Source: a bacterium (lineage in GTDB: Bacteria > Krumholzibacteriota > Krumholzibacteriia > LZORAL124-64-63). From it: a DNA stretch of 46,632 bases. The notes under the pieces were generated by a model. That model made no database searches. It was not told the origin of the DNA and saw only the letters and a program-made list of their open reading frames with translations. Made by a program: the position numbers and the translations under genes. Of this stretch, positions 34,993 to 46,632 are shown piece by piece. Positions within the stretch are counted from its first letter, which is position 1; each line of letters opens with the position of its first letter. Location: positions 1 to 46,632 of the forward strand of contig JANOEP010000012.1 of the NCBI GenBank assembly GCA_031441465.1, written 5' to 3'.

Positions 34993-36398
34993 GCGTCCTC
35001 GTCTTTCGTCGGTTGTGCGGCGCCTTCGCGGCGCTGCTGCTTCCAGTCCCGGATCTTCGCGAGCCTCTCGCCGAGGCGGGCTTCGTAGCCCCGCGCGGTC
35101 GGCGTGTAGAAGCGCCGGTCCCGCAGCGGATCCGGCAGGCAATCCATGGCCGCGACGCCTTCGGGCGCGTCGTGGGCGTAGGCGTAGCCCTCGCCGTAGC
35201 CGAGCGTCTCCATCAGGCGCGTCGGCGCGTTGCGCAGGTGCAGGGGCACCGGCGGGTTGACGCCGTGGCGGACCTCGGCCGCGGCGGCCCCGTAGGCGGC
35301 GTACGCCGCGTTGCTCTTGGGGGCGAGCGCCAGGTACAGGCAGGCCTGGGCCAGGGCCAGAGCCGCCTCGGGCATCCCCAGGAACTGCGCGGCGTCGCGC
35401 GCCGCGAGCGCCTGCACCAGCGCCTGAGGGTCGGCGAGGCCCACGTCCTCGCTGGCGCAGCGCGTCAGGCGGCGGGCGACGTACAGCGGGTCGGCGCCCG
35501 CCTCGAGCATCCGGGCCAGGTAGTACAGCGCGGCGTCCGGGTCGCTGTTGCGCAGCGACTTGTGGAGCGCGCTGATCAGGTTGTAGAACTCCTCGCCGGC
35601 CTTGTCGAAGCGGATCGCGCGGTCGCGGATCATGCGCACGATCGCCGCGGCGTCGACGACCTCGCCCGGCGCCGCCGCCGCGGCCGCCATCTCCAGCAGG
35701 TTCAGCGCGACACGCCCGTCGCCGTCGGCCGCCAGGGCCAGGGTCCGCAGCGCGTCCTCGGCGAAGGGCGGCACCCCGCTCCGGTCGCCGCCGAGTCCGC
35801 GGGGATCCGTGAGCGCGCGGCGCAGCAGGCTCGTCAGGGCCGCCTCGTCCAGCAGTTGCATGACGAACAGCCGTGTGCGCGACAGCAGCGCGGCGTTGAT
35901 CTCGAACGAGGGGTTCTCGGTCGTGGCGCCGATGAGCGTCACGTCGCCTTTCTCCACCCACGGCAACAACGCGTCCTGCTGGGCCTTGTTGAAGCGGTGG
36001 ATCTCGTCCAGGAAGATGATGGTGCGCCGCTTCAGCGACCGCCGCAGGCGCCCCGCCTCGGCCATGACCAGCTTGAGCTCGCGGCTGCCCACCTGCACGG
36101 CGCTGTATTCGAGGAAGTTGGCGGCGGTGACGCCGGCGATGACCCGGGCCAGCGAGGTCTTGCCGCAGCCCGGCGGTCCCCACAACAGCAGCGAGGGCAG
36201 CGCGTCGTCGTCGATGAGCCGCCGCAGCGGACGGCCCGGTCCGAGCAGGTCGTCCTGGCCGACGAGGTCCTCGATCCTTTGCGGGCGCATGCGGTCGGCC
36301 AGCGGCTGGCCGGGAGGCGCGGACGCCGCAGCGCCCGTCGGCTCCCTGCCGGCGGACCGACCGCGTGCCACCTCCGCGCCGAACAGGTCGTCTTCCAT
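34989..36398 (-). CDS. rarA: replication-associated recombination protein A (MgsA)
   Basis: PLADRMRP, WGPPGCGKT, FLDEIHRFNKAQQD, GATTENPSF, ISALHKSLR.SD, ASEDVGLADP, PKSNA, VPLHLRNAPT. Confidence 0.97.
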   Translation of the reverse strand: MEDDLFGAEVARGRSAGREPTGAAASAPPGQPLADRMRPQRIEDLVGQDDLLGPGRPLRRLIDDDALPSLLLWGPPGCGKTSLARVIAGVTAANFLEYSAVQVGSRELKLVMAEAGRLRRSLKRRTIIFLDEIHRFNKAQQDALLPWVEKGDVTLIGATTENPSFEINAALLSRTRLFVMQLLDEAALTSLLRRALTDPRGLGGDRSGVPPFAEDALRTLALAADGDGRVALNLLEMAAAAAAPGEVVDAAAIVRMIRDRAIRFDKAGEEFYNLISALHKSLRNSDPDAALYYLARMLEAGADPLYVARRLTRCASEDVGLADPQALVQALAARDAAQFLGMPEAALALAQACLYLALAPKSNAAYAAYGAAAAEVRHGVNPPVPLHLRNAPTRLMETLGYGEGYAYAHDAPEGVAAMDCLPDPLRDRRFYTPTARGYEARLGERLAKIRDWKQQRREGAAQPTKDEDA

Positions 36399-36493
36399 GC
36401 GGCCCATAGTATCCGGTTTCGCCGCCCGCACAAGCCGGACCTGCGGGCGCGGGTCGGGGTGCGGGCGGGCGGCGGTGGTGCGACCTTGGTGCA

Positions 36494-36522
36494 TTGACTT
36501 CGCCGCGGGGCGGGACTACCGT
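36494..36522 (+). promoter_or_regulatory. probable sigma70 promoter for deoB-cdd-pdp
   Basis: TTGACT (36494-36499), 17 bp, TACCGT (36517-36522). Confidence 0.6.
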
Positions 36523-36556
36523 CCGCGGACCTACCCGGACGAGGAGGCTGCGCAGC

Positions 36557-37765
36557 GTGGGCATCGCCATCGTGATCATCCTGGACGGGGTCGGCGTGGG
36601 CGCGCTGCCCGACGCCGCCGACTACGGCGACGCCGGCCACGACACCCTCGGCCACACCGCCGCCGCCGTGGGCGGGCTGGCCCTGCCGAACCTCGGCGCG
36701 CTCGGCCTGGGCAACCTGCACGCCGTGGCGGGCGTGCCGCCGGTCCCGGCGCCCCGCGCCTGCTGGGGCCGCATGGCCGAGATCTCCAAGGGCAAGGACA
36801 GCACCACCGGGCACTGGGAACTGATGGGGGTCGTCACCGCGCGGCCCTACCCGACCTACCCCCGCGGCTTCCCCTCCGACGTGCTGGCCGCCTTCACCGA
36901 CGCGACGGGCTACGGCGTCCTGGGCAACAAGCCGGCCTCCGGCACCGAGATCATCCGGGAACTCGGCAACGAGCACGTCGCCACCGGCAAGCTCATCGTC
37001 TACACCTCGGCCGACTCCGTTTTCCAGATCGCGGCCCACGAGGAGGTCGTCCCGCTCGCGGAACTCTACCGCGTCTGCGAGATCGCCCGCCGCCTGCTGG
37101 TGCCGCCCCACGAGGTCAGCCGCGTGATCGCCCGGCCGTTCCTGGGCGCCGCCGGCGACTACCGGCGCACGCCCAACCGCCGCGATTTCTCGGTCGAGCC
37201 GCCGGACGAGCTGCTGCTGCCGCAGCTGGCGGCGGCCGGCGTCGCGGTGCGCGCGATCGGCAAGATCTCCGACCTCTACGCCCACAAGGGCGTCACGGCC
37301 AGGATCGTCTCGAAATCCAACGCCGCGGGCATGGCCGCGCTTTCCGCGCTGTACGCGGAGGTCGGCGCCGGACCGTCGCTGATCCTGCTGAACCTCGTGG
37401 ACTTCGACATGCTGTGGGGCCACCGCAACGACCCCGTCGGCATGGCGCGGGACCTGGAAGCCTTCGACCGCTGGTTGGGCGGCTTCCTGCCGGAGCTGCG
37501 GGACGGCGACCTGCTGATGCTGACCGCCGACCACGGCAACGACCCGACGACGGCCAGCTCGGACCACTCCCGCGAGTACGTGCCGCTGCTGGCGACGTGG
37601 GGCGGGTTCCGCGCCGGCGTCGCCGCCGCCGGCGGCGATCTCGGCACGCGGTCCACCTTCGGCGATCTCGGGGCGACGCTGGCCGAGTACTTCGGCCGTC
37701 CGGCGCCGCGCCTCGGGACAAGTTTTCTGGCGGCGGTCCACGCCGCGGCGGGGAGGTCGTCGTGA
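36557..37765 (+). CDS. deoB: phosphopentomutase
   Basis: GTG after GAGGAGG; ILDGVGVG..PDA..YGD, GKDSTTGHWE, YTSADSVFQIAAHE, RVIARPF, NLVDFDMLWGHRND, TADHGNDPT, DHSREYVP. Confidence 0.97.
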   Translation: MGIAIVIILDGVGVGALPDAADYGDAGHDTLGHTAAAVGGLALPNLGALGLGNLHAVAGVPPVPAPRACWGRMAEISKGKDSTTGHWELMGVVTARPYPTYPRGFPSDVLAAFTDATGYGVLGNKPASGTEIIRELGNEHVATGKLIVYTSADSVFQIAAHEEVVPLAELYRVCEIARRLLVPPHEVSRVIARPFLGAAGDYRRTPNRRDFSVEPPDELLLPQLAAAGVAVRAIGKISDLYAHKGVTARIVSKSNAAGMAALSALYAEVGAGPSLILLNLVDFDMLWGHRNDPVGMARDLEAFDRWLGGFLPELRDGDLLMLTADHGNDPTTASSDHSREYVPLLATWGGFRAGVAAAGGDLGTRSTFGDLGATLAEYFGRPAPRLGTSFLAAVHAAAGRSS

Positions 37766-38172
37766 CGCGCGAAGATCAGCAGCGGTTGGTGGGGGCCGCC
37801 CGCGAGGCGATGGCGCACAGCCATGCTCCGTACTCCCGTTTCCGGGTCGGCGCCGCCCTGCTCGGCGCCGACGGGCGCGTGTACACGGGCACCAACGTCG
37901 AGAACGCCAGCTACGGCCTGAGCATCTGCGCGGAGCGCACCGCCGTCTTCAAGGCCGTGAGCGAGGGCTGCCGGACCTTCGTCGCGGCGGCCGTGGTCAC
38001 CGACACCGACCGGCCGACGCCGCCCTGCGGCGCCTGCCGCCAGGTGCTGCAGGAGTTCGCCCCCGGCCTCGTGATCCACCTGGCGGGCCGCGGCGACGCG
38101 GTCGAGACGTTCCGCCTGGCCGAGTTGCTGCCCCGCCCCTTCGACAACTTCACCCCCGGCGAAGCCCCCTGA
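37762..38172 (+). CDS. cdd: cytidine deaminase (homotetrameric type)
   Basis: APYSRFRVGAAL, G.NVENASYGLSICAERTA, PCGACRQVL.EF, LLP.PF. Confidence 0.96.
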   Translation: MTREDQQRLVGAAREAMAHSHAPYSRFRVGAALLGADGRVYTGTNVENASYGLSICAERTAVFKAVSEGCRTFVAAAVVTDTDRPTPPCGACRQVLQEFAPGLVIHLAGRGDAVETFRLAELLPRPFDNFTPGEAP

Positions 38173-38185
38173 ACGGAGACGGCCC

Positions 38186-39529
38186 GTGAACATCGTCGAG
38201 ATCATCGAGCGCAAGAAGCGCGGCGCCGTCCTGGACGAGCGCGAGATCGTGTTCGCGGTCGAGGGCTTCACCAGCGGCAGCGTCGCGGACTATCAGATGT
38301 CGGCGCTGCTGATGGCGATCTGGTGCCGCGGCATGGAGCCGGGCGAGACCGCCGCGCTGACCGGAGCCATGCTGCGCTCGGGGGAGGAGCTGGACCTTGG
38401 TGGCCTGCCCGCCCCCACCGCGGACAAGCACTCCACCGGCGGTGTCGGCGACAAGGTCAGCCTGCTGCTGGCCCCCCTGGCGGCCGCCTGCGGGCTGTGC
38501 GTGCCGATGCTGTCGGGGCGCGGCCTCGGCCACACCGGCGGCACGCTGGACAAGCTCGAGGCGATCCCCGGCTACGACATCCGCCTGGACAACGCGGCCT
38601 TCCTGCGCGTGGTCGCCGAGACCGGCTGCGCCATCGTCGGCCAGGGACCGCGGATCGCCCCGGCCGACGGCCGCATCTACGCGCTGCGCGACGTGACGGG
38701 CACGGTGGACTGCGTGCCCCTGATCACCGCGAGCATCATGAGCAAGAAGCTGGCGGCGGGGCCGCGGACCATCGTCATCGACCTGAAGGTCGGCTCCGGC
38801 GCCTTCATGACCGACCGGGCGGCCGCCGAAGAACTGGCCGCCTCGCTGCTGGGCATCGGCGCGGCGTGGGGCCGGCGCATGGCGGTGGTCTTCACCGACA
38901 TGTCCCAGCCGCTGGGTACGGCCGTCGGCCACGCCGGCGAGACGATCGAGGCCTTCGACGCCCTGCGGCCCGACGGGCGCGCGCGCGCCCCGGCCGACCT
39001 CGTCGCGCTGACCGAGGACCTCGTCGCCCAGATGCTGCTGACCTCCGGCCTGGCCGTCGGCCGGGACGGCGCGCTGGCCGCGGTGCGCCGCGCCTGGGAC
39101 GACGGCGCCGCCTTCGCCGTCATGCTGCGCTGGGTCGCCGCCCAGGGCGGGCGCCTCGAGCCCGAACGGCCCGATTTCGGGCTCACGCTGGCGCCGCGCC
39201 TCACGGCGGTCGAGGCGGCGCACGACGGTTGGATCGGGGAGGTCGCCTGCCGCGACTTCGGCCACGCGCTGGCGGAGATCGGCGGCGCCCGGCGGCAGGT
39301 GAAGGACGCGCTGGACCTCGGCGCGGGGATCGACGTCCTGGTGCGGCGCGGGGAGCGCGTCGAGCGCGGCCAGCCGCTGGCCTGGATCCGGGCGGGTGAT
39401 CGCGAGGCGGCCGGGCGCGCCGCGGACCGGCTCCGCGACACCCTGTCGATCGCGGAAGCGCCGACCGCGGCGCCGCCGTTGATCCTCGGCCGGCGCGAGG
39501 GTGCGGACCCGGGCGCGGCCTCCCGCTAG
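38186..39529 (+). CDS. pdp: pyrimidine-nucleoside/thymidine phosphorylase
   Basis: DYQMSALLMAI, DKHSTGGVGDK, SGRGLGHTGGTLDKLEAIPG, YALRDVTGTV, ASIMSKKLA, K.GSGAFM. Confidence 0.96.
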   Translation: MNIVEIIERKKRGAVLDEREIVFAVEGFTSGSVADYQMSALLMAIWCRGMEPGETAALTGAMLRSGEELDLGGLPAPTADKHSTGGVGDKVSLLLAPLAAACGLCVPMLSGRGLGHTGGTLDKLEAIPGYDIRLDNAAFLRVVAETGCAIVGQGPRIAPADGRIYALRDVTGTVDCVPLITASIMSKKLAAGPRTIVIDLKVGSGAFMTDRAAAEELAASLLGIGAAWGRRMAVVFTDMSQPLGTAVGHAGETIEAFDALRPDGRARAPADLVALTEDLVAQMLLTSGLAVGRDGALAAVRRAWDDGAAFAVMLRWVAAQGGRLEPERPDFGLTLAPRLTAVEAAHDGWIGEVACRDFGHALAEIGGARRQVKDALDLGAGIDVLVRRGERVERGQPLAWIRAGDREAAGRAADRLRDTLSIAEAPTAAPPLILGRREGADPGAASR

Positions 39530-41652
39530 AACTCGTCTTCCAGTTCGATGTCGCGCAACTCGCGGGGCGCCGGCTCGATCCAGTCGTCGACCGGACCCAG
39601 CATGGCGCCGCCGTGGCGGTCGCAGGCGCGGCGCGGGAAGCCGTCGGCGAGGAAGGATTCCACGTCCGTCGAGTCGCAGCCGGTGGTCGCCAGCAGGCCG
39701 GTACGCAGGCACACGCGTTTCTGGACGATCCCCTCGGGGCGCGCGAACGGCTCGTCGGGTCCTTCGGCCGTCACCTTGCCCATCAGCTCGGCCCAGATCG
39801 GCAGCGCCATGTGCGCGCCGGTGCCCAGCCGCCCCATGCTCACCTTCGTGTCGAAGCCCACCCACACGCCGGCGGCGTAGCTCGGCGTGAAGCCCACGAA
39901 CCAGGCGTCGGTGTACTCGTTGTAGGTGCCGGTCTTGCCCGCGGCGGTCTTGGTGAAGCCGTAGGTCGGGGCCGCGCGCGCCGTGCCCTCGGTCAGGGTC
40001 GAGGTCATCAGGTCGGCCATCAGCCACGCCGTGGCCGGATCGAGCACCTCGCGCTGCCGCACGCCGCCCTCCTCCAGGACCTCGCCGTCGGCGGTCTCGA
40101 CGCGGGTGATCAGGTAGGGTTCGACCCGCACGCCGTGATTGCCGAAGGAGGAGTAGGCCGAGACCATCTCCACGAGGTTGATCTCGCCGGCGCCCAGCGA
40201 CAGCGAGAGCACCGGCGGCAACTCGCTCGTGATGCCGAGGCGGCGGGCGGTCTCGATCACCGGCACGACCCCCACGTCGTCGATGAGCCTGGCCGCGACG
40301 ACGTTGCGCGAGTGGCTCAGGCCGTAGCGCAGCGTGATCGGGCCCATGTACTTGTTGTCGAAGTTGTGCGGCTGCCAGAGACCCGCGCCGGTGTTCAGGG
40401 CGACCGGCGTGTCCATCAGGATCGAGCACGGCGTGTAGCCGTGGGTCAGCGCCGTCAGGTAGACGACGGGCTTGAAGATCGAGCCGGGCTGGCGCTGCGC
40501 CTGCATGGCGAGGTTGAACTGGTAGTCGTCGTAGTCGCGGCTGCCGTAGAGGGCCAGCACCGCGCCGGTGCGCGTGTCCAGCAGGACGCAGGCGCCCATC
40601 AGGTAGTCCACGCGCGCGGGCCGCTTGCCGACGGCGTCGAGCGCGTCGTAGCGGGCCTTGGTCATCGGGTAGCGGCTCTCCTGCTCGAGGCGCTCGAGGT
40701 GCTTGTCGGCGGCTTCCTCCAGCCAGTGCTGGTAGCGTGGCACCAGGGTGGTGGTGACGCGCAGCCCGTCGGTGTACAGGCCCTCGAAGCCGTAGCGCGC
40801 CTCGAGGTGCTGGCGGATCTCCTCGACGAAGTGGGGAGCGAAGGCGGGCGTGGTCGAACGGCGGCGGCCGTCGCGCACGACGACCCGCACCTGGTTGATG
40901 CTCCGCGCCTCGTCGCGGGTCAGGGCGCCGGTGGCGACCATGGACTCCAGGACCGTCGTGCGGCGGCGGTAGGCGCGCTCCAGGTTGTGCAGGGGGGAGT
41001 AGGCCTCCGGCAGCTGGATCATGCCGGCGAGCATGGTCGACTCGCCGTCGTCGAGGTCCCAGACGTCCTTGCCGAAGAAGGTGCGCGCGGCCGACTGCAC
41101 GCCGTAGGCGCCGCTGCCGAAATTCACCTGGTTGAGGTACATCGCGAGAATCTCGTCCTTGCTGTACGTCTGCTCCAGCTGCAGGGCGAGGATCATCTCC
41201 TTGACCTTGCGCGTCACCGTCTTGTCGAGCGTCAGGAAGAGATTGCGCGCCAGCTGCTGCGTGATGGTGCTGGCGCCGGGACTGGACGACGAGGTCAGGT
41301 TGACCCAGACGATCTTCAGGAAGCGCTTCATGTCCAGACCGTAGTGGCGGTAGAAGCGACGATCCTCGGTGGCGACCACGGCCTCCTGCAGCCGGCGGGG
41401 GATGCGGTCCAGCGCGACGATCGTGCGGTTCTCCACGAAGAACTCGTGGATGACGCTGCCGTCGGCGCCGAGCACGAGCGTCTTGCGGGCGGGTTCGATG
41501 GTCAGGATCCGCTCGGGCGACGGCAGATCGCGGGACAATCTGCGCACCGCGGTGAGGCCCAGGCCCACGCAGACGAGCAGCAAACCGGCCACGGCGATCA
41601 GCGCGACGCGCACGCGCCGCGGTGAGATGGAGCCTTCCAGGGGGTTTTTCAT
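39526..41652 (-). CDS. class A penicillin-binding protein (PBP1A family)
   Basis: TM anchor; transglycosylase motifs EDRRFY.H.G, GASTITQQLARN, RK.KE, K.EIL..YLN; transpeptidase motifs S.FK (GSIFKP), S.N (SRN), KTG. Confidence 0.95.
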   Translation of the reverse strand: MKNPLEGSISPRRVRVALIAVAGLLLVCVGLGLTAVRRLSRDLPSPERILTIEPARKTLVLGADGSVIHEFFVENRTIVALDRIPRRLQEAVVATEDRRFYRHYGLDMKRFLKIVWVNLTSSSSPGASTITQQLARNLFLTLDKTVTRKVKEMILALQLEQTYSKDEILAMYLNQVNFGSGAYGVQSAARTFFGKDVWDLDDGESTMLAGMIQLPEAYSPLHNLERAYRRRTTVLESMVATGALTRDEARSINQVRVVVRDGRRRSTTPAFAPHFVEEIRQHLEARYGFEGLYTDGLRVTTTLVPRYQHWLEEAADKHLERLEQESRYPMTKARYDALDAVGKRPARVDYLMGACVLLDTRTGAVLALYGSRDYDDYQFNLAMQAQRQPGSIFKPVVYLTALTHGYTPCSILMDTPVALNTGAGLWQPHNFDNKYMGPITLRYGLSHSRNVVAARLIDDVGVVPVIETARRLGITSELPPVLSLSLGAGEINLVEMVSAYSSFGNHGVRVEPYLITRVETADGEVLEEGGVRQREVLDPATAWLMADLMTSTLTEGTARAAPTYGFTKTAAGKTGTYNEYTDAWFVGFTPSYAAGVWVGFDTKVSMGRLGTGAHMALPIWAELMGKVTAEGPDEPFARPEGIVQKRVCLRTGLLATTGCDSTDVESFLADGFPRRACDRHGGAMLGPVDDWIEPAPRELRDIELEDEF

Positions 41653-41757
41653 GGTGCGCAACCCTAGCGCAGTCGGCGGTCAAGAACAAGCAAGGATGGC
41701 GGTTGCGGCGGGTTTGCCGACATTTCGCGAATTTTTCGCGGTTCGCGGTTTATTCCT

Positions 41758-41786
41758 TTGACATCGGGTGGGGGCAAAGCTAGATT
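41758..41786 (+). promoter_or_regulatory. rRNA operon promoter P1
   Basis: TTGACA (41758-41763), 17 bp, TAGATT (41781-41786), GC-rich discriminator, T-rich upstream. Confidence 0.8.
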
Positions 41787-41895
41787 GCGCGCCCGTACCG
41801 ATTGCGGCGCAAGCCGATAGGCACGGGTCCGGGGGTGCCTCCGGAGGGTCTGGCAGAACGGGTCGGAAGCGGTCAAAGTTTTTTACGAAAGACAC

Positions 41896-41924
41896 TTGAC
41901 AACTTCGAAGCACTCGGATACATT
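41896..41924 (+). promoter_or_regulatory. rRNA operon promoter P2
   Basis: TTGACA (41896-41901), 17 bp, TACATT (41919-41924), AT-rich UP-like tract AAAGTTTTTTACGAAA upstream. Confidence 0.8.
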
Positions 41925-41951
41925 CTGCCGTCGGCCCATAAATGGGCACGG

Positions 41952-41985
41952 CCAGCGCCTTGCGCCTGGGTCGGCTCTTTGACAA
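41952..41985 (+). promoter_or_regulatory. rRNA leader antitermination boxB-like hairpin plus boxA
   Basis: CCAGCGC..GCGCCTGG hairpin followed by GCTCTTTGACAA; second boxA-like GTTCCTTGATAA at about 43960-43971 before the 23S. Confidence 0.7.
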
Positions 41986-42096
41986 CAGAATAGCGTACGA
42001 GACATTCCCGACGATTCCGAGTCGGATGTGGCGGATCTTCGGATCCCCTGCATCTTGTCTTGCGAAAAACAGGAAACGATTCCTGTTGTATTTTTT

Positions 42097-43663
<1,567 letters not shown>

Positions 43664-43775
43664 AGACTACCGGCCCTGTGTCGGAAGTCTTATGGTGAAG
43701 CTCGGAATCGTCCGTCTCGTACGCTATTCTCTTGTCAAAAGCCGGGATTTCCCCTTTTGGCGTGTGGTTGACTGG

Positions 43776-43852
<77 letters not shown>

Positions 43853-43864
43853 CGCTTGTCCTTC

Positions 43865-43940
43865 GGGGATATAGCTCAGTTGGGAGAGCGCCGGCTTTGC
43901 AAGCCGGAGGTCGACGGTTCGATCCCGTCTATCTCCACCA
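43865..43940 (+). tRNA. tRNA-Ala(TGC)
   Basis: GGGGATATAGCTCAGTTGGGAGAGCG, anticodon loop TT-TGC-AA, G3-U70 pair, encoded CCA. Confidence 0.98.
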
Positions 43941-44025
43941 GCACCGTCCACGACGGTACGTTCCTTGATAACCGAATATAGAGGGTAGCAAATGAAGGTG
44001 CATCTGAGGATGCGTTCTTGCCTTT

Positions 44026-46632
<2,607 letters not shown>

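Noticed and set aside
3938..41689. Many long antisense or alternate-frame ORFs (e.g. 3938-6577, 6819-8909, 21023-23071, 25450-28326, 35602-37761, 38150-41689)
   Set aside because: They overlap well-identified genes, lack motifs and reflect stop-codon scarcity at high GC3.

Overview
High-GC bacterial chromosomal segment made almost entirely of core housekeeping genes. The 16S signatures (GGCGTGGATTAGGC, CAGCAGTCGAGAA) and gene order suggest, by inference only, an FCB/PVC-neighbourhood lineage such as Krumholzibacteriota/Latescibacterota. Order: pgk, secG, tRNA-Leu(GAG), a KKKVA-repeat histone-H1-like protein, an orphan outer-membrane protein, a divergent EF-G2, yebC-ruvCAB-queA-tgt-yajC-def-fmt-rsmB-PASTA-rpe, ffh-rpsP-khpA-rimM-trmD-rplS-rnhB-yraN, leuS, a 2091-aa giant ORF, DUF2062, tnaA, two orphans, pfkA/rarA (minus), deoB-cdd-pdp, PBP1A (minus), and an rRNA operon (16S, tRNA-Ile, tRNA-Ala, 23S truncated by the window end). 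No mobile element or CRISPR array was seen. The main find is the giant ORF at 23959-30234. By eye it reads as a helical N-terminus followed by DnaQ-like exonuclease, DinG, RecQ (with an inserted Zn ribbon) and UvrD modules, with every catalytic motif eroded but the reading frame intact, i.e. a candidate multi-pseudohelicase scaffold. Secondary finds: the EF-G2 has degenerate G2/G3/G4 motifs (NKxD to TRMN), the 23S rRNA has A at the E. coli 2032 and 2055 equivalents, and the H1-like gene has a structured leader with alternative pairings. All domain calls are by-eye motif recognition, not database searches.
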